43,682 bases of DNA. Origin: an uncultured Oligoflexus sp. (GTDB taxonomy: Bacteria; Bdellovibrionota_B; Oligoflexia; Oligoflexales; Oligoflexaceae). The notes under the pieces were generated by a model, which did not search any database, had not been told where the DNA came from, and saw nothing but the letters and a program-made list of their open reading frames with translations. Shown here one piece after another: positions 29,636-38,709 of the stretch (position 1 is the stretch's first letter; each line of letters opens with the position of its first letter). Location: NCBI GenBank assembly GCA_964236955.1, contig CAXSGP010000035.1:1-43682 (forward strand), given 5' to 3'. The position numbers and the translations under genes are program-made.

Positions 29636-31296
29636 AAGGCCTCCCCAAGACGGGCATGACCATAGCGCACAACAAAATCTCCAAGCCGTTCCCGGCTTTC
29701 CCCTTCCTTGGACCAGAGCGAACTGAGCTTATCGAATAGCTGCGGTAGCTCAGCGAACTTGACTTTATCTTTAACCTTTTCTGCCAGGCGCTGTCCCTCC
29801 CGATCGCCCCCCATAAATACCGCGTAGAGGCCGGGCTGTTGACCGACGAGACCAATTTCGGCCGTAAAAGGTCGGGCACAGCCATTAGGACAACCGGTGA
29901 TTCGAATAATCGGAGCTTTCGCATTAAGCTCAAAGCGATCCAAGCTCTCCTGGAGCCAGGCAAAAATTTCGGGACCAACACGTTCCGCTTCAGCCAATGC
30001 CTTGATACAGGTGGGCAAGGCTACACAGGTCAGCGCCCGGTCATAGAGTTTGCGTGGACTATGGGGGCTCAATCCTTGGGCATCGAGAAAAGTCTCGATA
30101 GCTTTTTGGTCTTGCGGCCTGATCCCATAGAGAATCAGATCCTGGTCAGCGCTTACCTGTATATCGAGTTGGTAGGTCTCGATAAGCTCGCGCAAGGCAG
30201 TCTTTAGCGGCCTTTGGGAAGTATCGACAATACGCCCCGAGAGTGTATGAAAACCTAGGCTCAGGCTGCCATCACGATGTTTAGACCAACCAAGGTAATG
30301 CGGTGTTTCCCAGGGAGGCAAGCCCTTATCGATAAACTGATATCCCGACCGACGCTCCACCTCTGCTTTAAACCAGGCAAGTCCTTTCCTATCCAAAAGG
30401 TATTTCAATCGGGCAAAGGCCCGGTCTTCGCGATTACCATAATCACGCTGAGTCGTGACGATGGCTTCCGCCACCGCAATGAGTCCGGCCTTTGGAATCC
30501 AGCCTAACTCATCGGCCAATCGCGGATGAGTTTCCTTATCGGTGTGGGACATGCCCATACCGCCGGCTACCAGTATGAAAAAGCCTTCAATCTCGTCAGA
30601 GGAATTATAGGTCGCAGCGATGCCCAGATCCTGAGTGTAGATATCGATTGCATTATTGCCAACGGCGGTGACGCCGATCTTGAACTTCCGGGGCAGGTAA
30701 CTCGCGCCATAGATGGGATCAATTTTTTCCTCGATCACAGGTTCCCCGTCGAGAAATATTTCGAAATACGCCTGTGAGGTCACTTCAAAATGCTTCGAAA
30801 GTTCATCGGCGATCGGATCGAGCTGATTGAGCTTGGGGTCACCCCAGGGGTTGACCGGCTGAGTTACGTTTCGCACCACGTCGCCGCAGGCTCCGGTCGT
30901 GCTACTAAGAGCGGCATGAATGTCCTGAATCGCCGCCTTTAGCTCGTGCTTCAGCACGCCATGGATCTGGATGCTCTGACGCGTCGTAAGCCGTAAACCA
31001 TTATTCGAATACTGATCGGCGATTTTATCCCAGGCCAGATACTGCTGACTGTTCAGACGGCCTCCCGGAATTCGTCCTCTCACCATAAGAGAAAAAGGCT
31101 TGGGCGGATCTTCTGGCGATTTTTTGCGATCGCGATCCTTTTGTTGATAGATTCCATGAAATTTGAGCAGCAGGTCCGAGTCAATGCCGAACTTTGGAGC
31201 ATCGCTTGTCACGTCATTTACCAGCGTGCCTCGTAGACCATGGGACTCTTCTTTTAGCAGTTCAGCCTTTGTTTTCTGGCTTATCACTTCGTTCAT
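29632..31296 (-). CDS. cysI: Assimilatory sulfite reductase haemoprotein (CysI/Sir family)
   Basis: KFHGIYQQ, TTRQ, ACGDVVRN, YLPRKFK, CVALPTC, GCPNGC sirohaem/Fe-S ligands. Confidence 0.93.
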   Translation of the reverse strand: MNEVISQKTKAELLKEESHGLRGTLVNDVTSDAPKFGIDSDLLLKFHGIYQQKDRDRKKSPEDPPKPFSLMVRGRIPGGRLNSQQYLAWDKIADQYSNNGLRLTTRQSIQIHGVLKHELKAAIQDIHAALSSTTGACGDVVRNVTQPVNPWGDPKLNQLDPIADELSKHFEVTSQAYFEIFLDGEPVIEEKIDPIYGASYLPRKFKIGVTAVGNNAIDIYTQDLGIAATYNSSDEIEGFFILVAGGMGMSHTDKETHPRLADELGWIPKAGLIAVAEAIVTTQRDYGNREDRAFARLKYLLDRKGLAWFKAEVERRSGYQFIDKGLPPWETPHYLGWSKHRDGSLSLGFHTLSGRIVDTSQRPLKTALRELIETYQLDIQVSADQDLILYGIRPQDQKAIETFLDAQGLSPHSPRKLYDRALTCVALPTCIKALAEAERVGPEIFAWLQESLDRFELNAKAPIIRITGCPNGCARPFTAEIGLVGQQPGLYAVFMGGDREGQRLAEKVKDKVKFAELPQLFDKLSSLWSKEGESRERLGDFVVRYGHARLGEAL

Positions 31297-31297
31297 A

Positions 31298-31924
31298 TCA
31301 TATCTCCTGATTAGTGGCTATGGGTGAGACGGAGACGGATCTTGGTTTGCTGAGTCCGAATTGCCAAATCTCCAACTGCTGCCGTAAGGCAAACATGCGC
31401 TCCAAAGTGTTGGGTATATTGCTGCGAATGGCCAAGCGAAGCTTCCCTAGATCCTCCAGCTGAGTTGCAATTTCAGTTGGAAAAAATTCTTCTAACCAAA
31501 GGCGAATGGCCCGGGCCACTCCGGGAAAAACGCCACGAGTCGAAATCGCGATCTGCAGCGGTCCCCTCTCGATCTGAGCTGCGAAATAAAAGTCAGAATC
31601 AAGCGGCAAATCCACGGCATTAATTAAGACCGAACAAGCTCTAGCCATTGCCGCAATGGCGCGACTTGCCTCTGGGTCATTGACTGCCGAGATGATAAGG
31701 CGGCTGTCAACTGCATCCTCAACTGCAAAGGGCCTCTCTTCATACGGCAGGCCGTGGGCTTCAATCAGTCGTTTCGTCTCGGGATGAATTTCGCTTGCAA
31801 CTACTTTTATCAAAGCCCCGGTTGGGATGAGCTTGATTAATTTCTCGCGCGCAACGGAGCCTCCGCCGATAAGCAGAACAGGTTTATCTTCCAGATCAAG
31901 AAAAATGGGCAACAGCCGGGGCAT
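31298..31924 (-). CDS. Precorrin-2 dehydrogenase / sirohydrochlorin ferrochelatase (CysG N-terminal type)
   Basis: LPIFL, IGGGSVA, INAVD, DFYF, IAISTRG. Confidence 0.88.
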   Translation of the reverse strand: MPRLLPIFLDLEDKPVLLIGGGSVAREKLIKLIPTGALIKVVASEIHPETKRLIEAHGLPYEERPFAVEDAVDSRLIISAVNDPEASRAIAAMARACSVLINAVDLPLDSDFYFAAQIERGPLQIAISTRGVFPGVARAIRLWLEEFFPTEIATQLEDLGKLRLAIRSNIPNTLERMFALRQQLEIWQFGLSKPRSVSVSPIATNQEI

Positions 31925-32672
31925 CGACCACCTCCTTTGCAGTGGCTAGTCCTTGTTCCATGAAGGCCACGTTTTCACCGATATAGATAATTCCAGGGCC
32001 GCACGATTTGCGTGAAAACCCGGACACCAAGATCTGACCCAAGTCACTTTTTGAGACTTTTAACGCCTCATTATCTTCACTCTCGATCACCGCCACCGGC
32101 CTGGCCTTGTTGCCGCCATGGGCCAGTATCCTAGCAACAATTTCCTGAATGTGATCGATGCCCATGAAAATAACCAGTGTCCCCTCATAAACGGCAAGGC
32201 CTTGCCAGTACGCGTCGGAGTGAGGAAGGCTATGCCCTTGAATGACGCGAAACTCGTTGCTCCCCGTGCGCAAGGTCAAAGGCAGGGCCAATTGACCTGC
32301 AATTCCATTAAGGGCACTTAATCCTGGAATGATGCGGTAAGGTATTCCCTGGAGGCGCAGCACTTCAACCTCTTCGGCTCCGCGCCCAAAAATAAAGGGA
32401 TCACCGCCTTTAAGCCGAACCACTCGGTACCCGGCTCGAGCATACGATGCGATCAATTCATTGATTTCTGACTGTTTTAAAGCGTGACGACCACACCTTT
32501 TGCCAACATAGACAGCTTTCGCCATGGCCGGAAATAACTCAAGCACGTCCGCGGCAAGCAACGCATCATAGAGAATCACTTCGGCCCCTTGGATAGCGCG
32601 CAGAGCGGCTAAAGTCAAAAATTCGGCACGACCTGGCCCAGCCCCGACGAGGGCAACAGAACCTAGACGCAT
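31896..32672 (-). CDS. cobA: Uroporphyrinogen-III C-methyltransferase (SUMT)
   Basis: LVGAGPG, YVGKR, VVRLKGGDPFIFGRGAEE; start moved to 32672 behind AAGGAG. Confidence 0.92.
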   Translation of the reverse strand: MRLGSVALVGAGPGRAEFLTLAALRAIQGAEVILYDALLAADVLELFPAMAKAVYVGKRCGRHALKQSEINELIASYARAGYRVVRLKGGDPFIFGRGAEEVEVLRLQGIPYRIIPGLSALNGIAGQLALPLTLRTGSNEFRVIQGHSLPHSDAYWQGLAVYEGTLVIFMGIDHIQEIVARILAHGGNKARPVAVIESEDNEALKVSKSDLGQILVSGFSRKSCGPGIIYIGENVAFMEQGLATAKEVVDAPAVAHFS

Positions 32673-32792
32673 GGAAGACTCCTTTGACAATCCTCGACAT
32701 TTTAATGCGCGAAAGAATGCAATCACGTGCGGCTACCCGCCACGCAGCGTTTCAGATGTTAAAAGCTATGAAAACCAGGGAAAATGTAGGTA

Positions 32793-32948
32793 TCAACTAC
32801 AACAGAGACGTAGACCTAGCTGGGAGAGGCAAGGCGAGGCAATAATGGAAGCTAAAGACAAAGGACTGAGTGATTTGCAAAGCGTCGCAACATTAGGACG
32901 GGAGCCTTTTGTAAAACCTGATAAGGGCGATTGATGTTGGTCTGACAT
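32793..32948 (-). CDS. Putative Cys-containing leader peptide (51 aa, ends LRLCCS)
   Basis: RBS GGAG before ATG 32948; tandem TGT-TGT codons just before the stop; about 120 nt upstream of the first gene of the cys operon. Confidence 0.5.
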   Translation of the reverse strand: MSDQHQSPLSGFTKGSRPNVATLCKSLSPLSLASIIASPCLSQLGLRLCCS

Positions 32949-33445
32949 AACGTTATCTCCAGTAAGGGATATCGATATAAACCTGCTGCATGACCCTTCC
33001 AAAGTCAATGCAAAAACATTCACTCCAGGGCAGGTCAATTTAAAAATCTAACGCTCTGGTAGGAGAATATTTATCAATACCCATAATCAATAGCAATTCC
33101 ATAGCTTTAGGCTATAGAGATTTTCACTTATGGAGATGAGTTCATTTGATTTATCGAGATAAAGAGAGTTTTGGAAGGCGAAAGCAGGCTTTGAAATGTG
33201 AGAAGTGTAAGCTTAAGAAATTGATATAAGCTTATTCCAAAAGACCATATTAAAAGGGGATAACCGTCGAAGCCATTTGAGCAAGCATAAGCAGGATTAG
33301 GACGACAATGCCTAACCTAACCCGGAGTCTATGGTGAAAAATGCGATAAATGTGGAAAGATCTCAGGCCTTCGGAGCGAAGACCTCATCAAGAAAAATTA
33401 AATTTTGCAAAAATATGCTAATGGGTATGACGAGATGGGGATAAT

Positions 33446-33793
33446 ATGAGCGAAGAGTTGTTGCGAGACGCGGTTTTTTTTCTGGTCAGACTTGTAGAGG
33501 CTGCTGGTGCGATCGTTATCTTTAGTGGCGCCGCCCTCGGATTCCTGCGATTTCTATACGCTTCACTTTTGCGTCGCCCCAAACTTTTTAACCATTTACG
33601 TTTAGAAATGGGCAAATTCCTTGCACTGGGACTGGAATTCCAGCTCGCCTCCGATCTGTTGAGTACAGCGATCACACCGAGTTTTGCTGAGATTGGAAAA
33701 CTTGCAGCGGTGGCGACCATCAGAACGGCACTTAATTATTTTCTCTCGAAGGAAATCGATAGGGAACGGCAGGAAATGGATTCACTGCAATGA
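33446..33793 (+). CDS. DUF1622 family membrane protein
   Basis: LALGLEFQLASDLL, IRTALNYFLSKEI. Confidence 0.88.
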   Translation: MSEELLRDAVFFLVRLVEAAGAIVIFSGAALGFLRFLYASLLRRPKLFNHLRLEMGKFLALGLEFQLASDLLSTAITPSFAEIGKLAAVATIRTALNYFLSKEIDRERQEMDSLQ

Positions 33794-34020
33794 TAGGGGC
33801 CGCTTCAACTTTGCTGTTAGCGGCCGGAATCTTGTGCGGCCTCATAGGAGGCGCAACGGGAAGACTAAAAATAGGTTTTGGCATTGGTCTCGACCTTTGG
33901 ACAGCTGCAGGACTCCTTCGCCTGACAGGAGAGTTAAGATGGGAGCCACTGATTACGGCAGCCTTACTGATCGCCGTCCGTAAATTGATCGGAGTGAGCC
34001 GAAATTTAAAAATTGAGTAA
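33790..34020 (+). CDS. Small hydrophobic partner protein (DUF1622-like)
   Basis: ATGA overlap with the upstream gene; LDLWTAAGLLRL. Confidence 0.75.
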   Translation: MIGAASTLLLAAGILCGLIGGATGRLKIGFGIGLDLWTAAGLLRLTGELRWEPLITAALLIAVRKLIGVSRNLKIE

Positions 34021-34334
34021 CGATTCGAGTCGATGATCGGGTTCGCGATAGCGATGCCAAGCACCTGCCTGCTTTCAAAACATTTAGGAGCGTATTTGCC
34101 CTTTGAAAAGGTTGGGTTGCCGATTTCTAAGGTCTCAGGATGCTCCGGTTGGTCGAGTTTTTTAAGAGTGCCTTTACCTCCAGCTGACAAATGTGCGCCT
34201 TATGCCGCACCAACAAGCAATCAAATTTGGCAAAATCGCCAATCGAAGCTTTCGCTCCCAACGAAGCGGATCATTGGACAAGCTCCAGGACATAACTTAC
34301 CATGATAGAAACACGAATCTATAGGTGTAGAAAA

Positions 34335-35573
34335 ATGCAGAACAAAGCCTTCTTTATTTGCGCTAGTTTCGCGGCTGTGACTCTTTCATGCAAAACCAGT
34401 TCAGGATCCCGGCTTAAGGATCAAGACCTGCCGGAAAAATCGGAAGCTTCCTTTGACGTGTACAAAAACCTGGATGAGGCACTTGGCGAGAAGTTAGCGC
34501 CCAATGAGCTTGCCCTGACTAAAACGATCAGTGGCACCATCCACGGTGCGATTCAAAGCGCCTATGATAAAGGTGCAACCGATGCCAACGGCAAGCACGT
34601 ACTTATGCGCGATGCTCATCCCAAGGCCCATGGCTGCGTAAAGGCCGAGGTGAAGGTCAGAAGCGATATCCCGCCTGAGCTTCGCTTTGGAGTCTTTGCT
34701 GACTCCGACAAAGAGTACAAGGCTTGGATTCGCTACTCGAACGCGAATGCAGCAGTCCGCTCGGACAACGGGAAGGACGCACGCGGTATGGCGATCAAAC
34801 TGACCAGAGTTGGAGGCAGTAAGTTGGACCCTGAACTTCCTGAGCAATCGACTCAAGACTTCGTCATGATCAATAACCCAACGTTCTTCGTTGATGACCC
34901 GGCCACGTATCTCGATTTCTTTATCAAGGGTCCAGCCGCCCTCCCCCCATCGGGTCGAGTCGTGGCAGGTGCGATGATAGCGCGTACTGCCAAAAATCCC
35001 TTGAAAGAGATTTATTGGTCGGAGGTCCCTTATCGCCTTGGTGTCGGTGCCCCAGCGCGAGCCACAAAGTTCGCCGCCATTCCTCGCAGCTGTTACTCAA
35101 TGTCGCTCCCCAGTGATCTGGCAGATCAACAACGCGAATTTGCCAAAGTTCGTGAAGCCAATGCCATTGCCGATTTGAATTCTCCTGAGTTTCAAGACGG
35201 TCGCTACCTGCGCGCGGCGATGGTAAAAACGCTTGCAAGCGAAGACGTATGTTTCACGCTCGCAGTTCAGTCGTTCGTCGACCCCCAGAAAACCCCCGTC
35301 GAAGACTCTTCTGTCAATTGGGATTTGAATGCACGATTTACTGAAGTTGCCGACATTCGAATCCCCAGGCAAGCTTTCACTGCAGAAGCTCAGGACACGT
35401 TCTGCGAAAATCTATCCTTCTCGCCCTGGCATGCCCGCGTAGAGCATAAACCACTCGGTACAACAAACCGCATTCGCTTCACAGTATACAAGGCGATTTC
35501 TGAATTCCGTCGCACTGGAAATAAAGCGCCGGTTGAATCGTTCCAAGGACCGACCGGCGAGGAACAATTCTAA
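34335..35573 (+). CDS. Catalase-related haem protein (small catalase-like family), lipoprotein
   Basis: RDAHPKAHG (distal His), RYSN, DARGMAIK, QDFVMINNP, NRIRFTVY (proximal Tyr); lipobox TLSC. Confidence 0.85.
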   Translation: MQNKAFFICASFAAVTLSCKTSSGSRLKDQDLPEKSEASFDVYKNLDEALGEKLAPNELALTKTISGTIHGAIQSAYDKGATDANGKHVLMRDAHPKAHGCVKAEVKVRSDIPPELRFGVFADSDKEYKAWIRYSNANAAVRSDNGKDARGMAIKLTRVGGSKLDPELPEQSTQDFVMINNPTFFVDDPATYLDFFIKGPAALPPSGRVVAGAMIARTAKNPLKEIYWSEVPYRLGVGAPARATKFAAIPRSCYSMSLPSDLADQQREFAKVREANAIADLNSPEFQDGRYLRAAMVKTLASEDVCFTLAVQSFVDPQKTPVEDSSVNWDLNARFTEVADIRIPRQAFTAEAQDTFCENLSFSPWHARVEHKPLGTTNRIRFTVYKAISEFRRTGNKAPVESFQGPTGEEQF

Positions 35574-35603
35574 ATCGAATTCCAGCGGTCTTCATAAGGA
35601 CTG

Positions 35604-35627
35604 TGCGGCTCTCTCCAAAGAGCCGCA
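35604..35627 (+). terminator. Hairpin downstream of the catalase-like gene
   Basis: TGCGGCTCT-6 nt-AGAGCCGCA; no U-tract. Confidence 0.5.
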
Positions 35628-35843
35628 AACTTATGGGCTTCATAAGATTAACCCTTCAAACACGTTCTTCCAGCGTCACTCCTAGCGGGCCCGGTCAGAG
35701 CGATTATAGACTTCGGTAGCGCCTCGTCCCGACACTTCGATAAATCAGCCGCTCCCCCAGGCTCTCAAAGAGCCGATTTTAGCGTCTAACCTATTGTATT
35801 TTAACAATATAATTTTGAAATCCCGGTGCCTAAAAAAAAGCTT

Positions 35844-35870
35844 TAAGTTTTTCTTTCCGCCTTCCGATAC
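35844..35870 (+). promoter_or_regulatory. Sigma28 (FliA)-like promoter
   Basis: TAAG-N15-TCCGATAC. Confidence 0.55.
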
Positions 35871-35917
35871 GGGACAGTGGACAAGTCTATATTGGGCAAG
35901 CTTTCTGGAGACAACTT

Positions 35918-36559
35918 ATGTGTAGCCGCCACCTGCTTTCCTTCCTGCTCATGGTCACGACAGGCGCGGGCTGTACCCCGCCGGTTGCCAAACCGAGCTT
36001 TGAAAAACTTAAGGACTCCCAAGCAAACTCCAACAAGGCAAGTGCGCAAAGTGAAGACGGTATCGAGGCCGAAGTCAGCGCGGATCCAGTGCCGAGTTCA
36101 GGCAGTGGCGTAACCCCATCCATTGGCGGTAAAACCCCATCTTCGGCCAAGGTTTCGAGCAACAGCCAACCTGCTGCCGGGACCAAAGCGCCTCCCCCTC
36201 CGGCACCAATTGTCCTGAGTGAAATTCAAGTCGTAAGCACCAAATTTACAGGAGAAGTGGGTAAATTAGAGGCCTTGGTAAAGTTTGCCGGTGCCACCAG
36301 CCCTCGATTGAAGTTCGTATCTTCAGGTGGAATCGCAGCCTTCAAAGTTCCGTCCCTGAGCACGATCAAATCCGATACTTTAGTCGTGGAAATTTATGAA
36401 GGTGAGAGACTTCGTTTTCTAGCCCGTCGCGCCAACACCAAAGTTGAAAAAGGCAAAACCAATAGTTGGAAACTGGAAGACTGCTCCGTAACACGCGTGC
36501 CGTGGGATGGCGAAAGCAATCAAGGCGCTTGCGGCTGGACTGTTCAGGAGAGCAATTGA
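35918..36559 (+). CDS. Hypothetical lipoprotein
   Basis: Lipobox GAGC, S/P-rich linker, beta-rich C-terminal domain with a Cys pair. Confidence 0.75.
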   Translation: MCSRHLLSFLLMVTTGAGCTPPVAKPSFEKLKDSQANSNKASAQSEDGIEAEVSADPVPSSGSGVTPSIGGKTPSSAKVSSNSQPAAGTKAPPPPAPIVLSEIQVVSTKFTGEVGKLEALVKFAGATSPRLKFVSSGGIAAFKVPSLSTIKSDTLVVEIYEGERLRFLARRANTKVEKGKTNSWKLEDCSVTRVPWDGESNQGACGWTVQESN

Positions 36560-36619
36560 GCGCAAAGGAAAGATCAGATTCAGCGCTGCGGTCGAGCGGC
36601 TGGCTTATTATTACGATGC

Positions 36620-36751
36620 TAGCTAATGTCTGTCCGGAAATGGGGATGGCAAGGCGCGAGGCAGAAAAAAAGCGGAGTTTATTACCTATAAATGCACATT
36701 TTTTCTGCCGATGAAACGCAGCCATCGCCTTTTCCGGACATGCACTAGCTA
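36620..36751 (+). repeat. Dispersed palindromic (MITE/REP-like) element, copy 2, complete
   Basis: Nested inverted repeats TGTCCGGAAA/TTTCCGGACA, GATGGC/GCCATC and GGCAGAAAAAA/TTTTTTCTGCC; TAGCTA at both ends; homologous to 1-82. Confidence 0.85.
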
Positions 36752-36813
36752 ATGGCAAGCGACCGAGGCTTCGAAAAGCCAGCCCTTTTCCACATTTGAT
36801 GGAAAAGAAACCT

Positions 36814-37716
36814 TTAGGGCTTGGCAATGAGCACCCAGGTTTGGCTATCGGAATCAATTCGTTGCGTAATGATTATCCTAGTTCGGTCGATTATGCCGGC
36901 GTTAACAGTATCAAAAGCCAAATCACTACCTTTGACGGTAATCACGAAATTCTCGCCGGACTTAACAAACCTAAAAAGCTGAAAGGCCTTTGATGAAAAA
37001 CTTGCTGTCTGAACGGGAGTCCCGGTGACTAGCGTTCCTTCGCGGATCTCAAGAGAATTACCGTTTGTATTGGTTATTTTAAAGAAATCGTCAGCGATAT
37101 GGGTGACAGTCCAAAGCTGGGCTGTACTGTTATTACAAGTAAAAATCTGAACCTGGAGACCAAGATTGGTGACGTTATTGGGGATATCGAGGCAACTGCC
37201 GCTGAAGGCGCCTTTTATCAGGTAATTACCATTCGGTATCGATTGTATGAAATTGACCGGTGGTGGAGCAGGAACGGCTGGTGGAGCAGGAACGGCTGGT
37301 GGGGCGGGAACGGCTGGTGTGAGAGGGACAGGAGCCGAACCAGGAGCGCTTTCAATGGCGACGGACCCAGAAGATTCAGGATTAACGGGCAAGGGTCCGG
37401 CCGATATTGGAGTAGGCACGGCAGGTATAATGGAGTCCTCTGGCTCTCGAGAGTTAGGGGCTATGACTGCTCCGTTATTGGCACTGGCATAGTCTATTTC
37501 CGAAGCGGCTTGTGTTTTATCGGCAATTCGACCGGCGTCCGCCGAAGCTTCACCATTTGCTGCTTCCTCGACCCCTCCTTCTCCGGCCGTTTGCACCGAG
37601 GGGAGCACGTCCGGTATAGCAATATCATCCTGGACCTTGCAGTTTGCGACCGACAGAATTACGAAGCAAAAGATTGCAGCAATATTCGCCCGATTATGCG
37701 CGAGCTGAATCTTCAT
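36814..37716 (-). CDS. Ricin-B (beta-trefoil) lectin-domain lipoprotein
   Basis: Lipobox VANC; acidic/Pro-rich stalk; SGSCLDI, CNNSTAQLW, QLF and SQTW QxW-type repeats. Confidence 0.85.
   Translation of the reverse strand: MKIQLAHNRANIAAIFCFVILSVANCKVQDDIAIPDVLPSVQTAGEGGVEEAANGEASADAGRIADKTQAASEIDYASANNGAVIAPNSREPEDSIIPAVPTPISAGPLPVNPESSGSVAIESAPGSAPVPLTPAVPAPPAVPAPPAVPAPPPVNFIQSIPNGNYLIKGAFSGSCLDIPNNVTNLGLQVQIFTCNNSTAQLWTVTHIADDFFKITNTNGNSLEIREGTLVTGTPVQTASFSSKAFQLFRFVKSGENFVITVKGSDLAFDTVNAGIIDRTRIIITQRIDSDSQTWVLIAKP
37262..37315. repeat. 18-bp tandem repeat x3 encoding AVPAPP
   Basis: GGTGGAGCAGGAACGGCT twice plus GGTGGGGCGGGAACGGCT. Confidence 0.9.
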
Positions 37717-37749
37717 AAATACCTCGACTGCGTTTAATGGCTAGTCTCT

Positions 37750-37776
37750 TTATCGGTTCCTCATGATCAATACTAA
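37750..37776 (-). promoter_or_regulatory. Sigma28 (FliA)-like promoter
   Basis: TTAG-N15-ACCGATAA. Confidence 0.55.
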
Positions 37777-37884
37777 AAGAAATATTTTTTCACAAAAAAT
37801 CACCATCAAAAATATGACTTAACTGCAGGGGGAAAGGGGATAAAGGATCGGACATGGTTCCTTTTAAAAAAGATGTAAAGGCCT

Positions 37885-38709
37885 CTAGCGTTTGTACACG
37901 CGTACATAATCGACGAGCAATTGCCGCGGCCAGATACTGTTGTCCACGCCATGGATTCCACCCCAGTTGCCACCAATCGCCAGAGCCAGGACTATATGAA
38001 AATTTTTGTTAAAGGGCCACTGATCAGTGCCAGTGTGTTGGTTCATAGTTGTAAAGAATCTCACATCATCGATAAAAATATCGATGCGCTCCGGACCCCA
38101 TTCCGCGGCGTAAGTATGAAATTCTGTGGTAGCGGCAGGGACTCGGCGCGTCGCCGTATCATGAACACTGTTGGAATGATGGGCAGCAAGTATCACATCA
38201 GAGTCGTAACCAACCTCTTCCATTATATCGAGTTCTCCCATACCGGGCCAACCCAGCGATTGGTCATCGGGCAGGAGGAAGAACCCTGGCCAGGTGCCAA
38301 TTCCTCCCGGCAACTGCATTCGTGCTTCAATGCGCCCTTCCACCCAGCTAGCCTTGAATTCGGTACGGACGCGGCCTGACGAATATTCTTCACCCTTAAA
38401 ATAGTCGCGCCTCCCTTCAAGCACGAGATTGCCGTTTTCCGTTCGGACATTCTCAGGTCGATCGGTATAGGCCTGCCTTTCATTATTGATCCATCTGGCA
38501 TCTCTCACCTCCCTTACCCATTTGCCATCATCGAGATTGGGACCATCAAATTCATCGGACCACACCAGATTCCATGAATCTCGGTCATTTTTAACCTTGG
38601 AATCGTTCGCTTTCTCAGGACTTGGATAGGAGCAAGAGGCCATCATAAGACCTAAAGGCAGGAAGGGGGCGAATCGCCTGGTACGAGGTAAAAAATCGAA
38701 AAGGTTCAT
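37885..38709 (-). CDS. Glycoside hydrolase family 16 (laminarinase-type) lipoprotein
   Basis: WSDEFDG, YSSGR, GRIEAR, WPG, catalytic ELDIME, VDYVRVY; lipobox MASC. Confidence 0.92.
   Translation of the reverse strand: MNLFDFLPRTRRFAPFLPLGLMMASCSYPSPEKANDSKVKNDRDSWNLVWSDEFDGPNLDDGKWVREVRDARWINNERQAYTDRPENVRTENGNLVLEGRRDYFKGEEYSSGRVRTEFKASWVEGRIEARMQLPGGIGTWPGFFLLPDDQSLGWPGMGELDIMEEVGYDSDVILAAHHSNSVHDTATRRVPAATTEFHTYAAEWGPERIDIFIDDVRFFTTMNQHTGTDQWPFNKNFHIVLALAIGGNWGGIHGVDNSIWPRQLLVDYVRVYKR

Noticed and set aside
33220..33255. AT-rich TTATTCC..ATAT stretch as a CysB box
   Set aside because: Plausible location, but LysR sites are too degenerate to call by eye.
37099..37737. 212-aa plus-strand ORF with WWSRNG repeats
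   Set aside because: Antisense reading of the AVPAPP repeat in the ricin lipoprotein.
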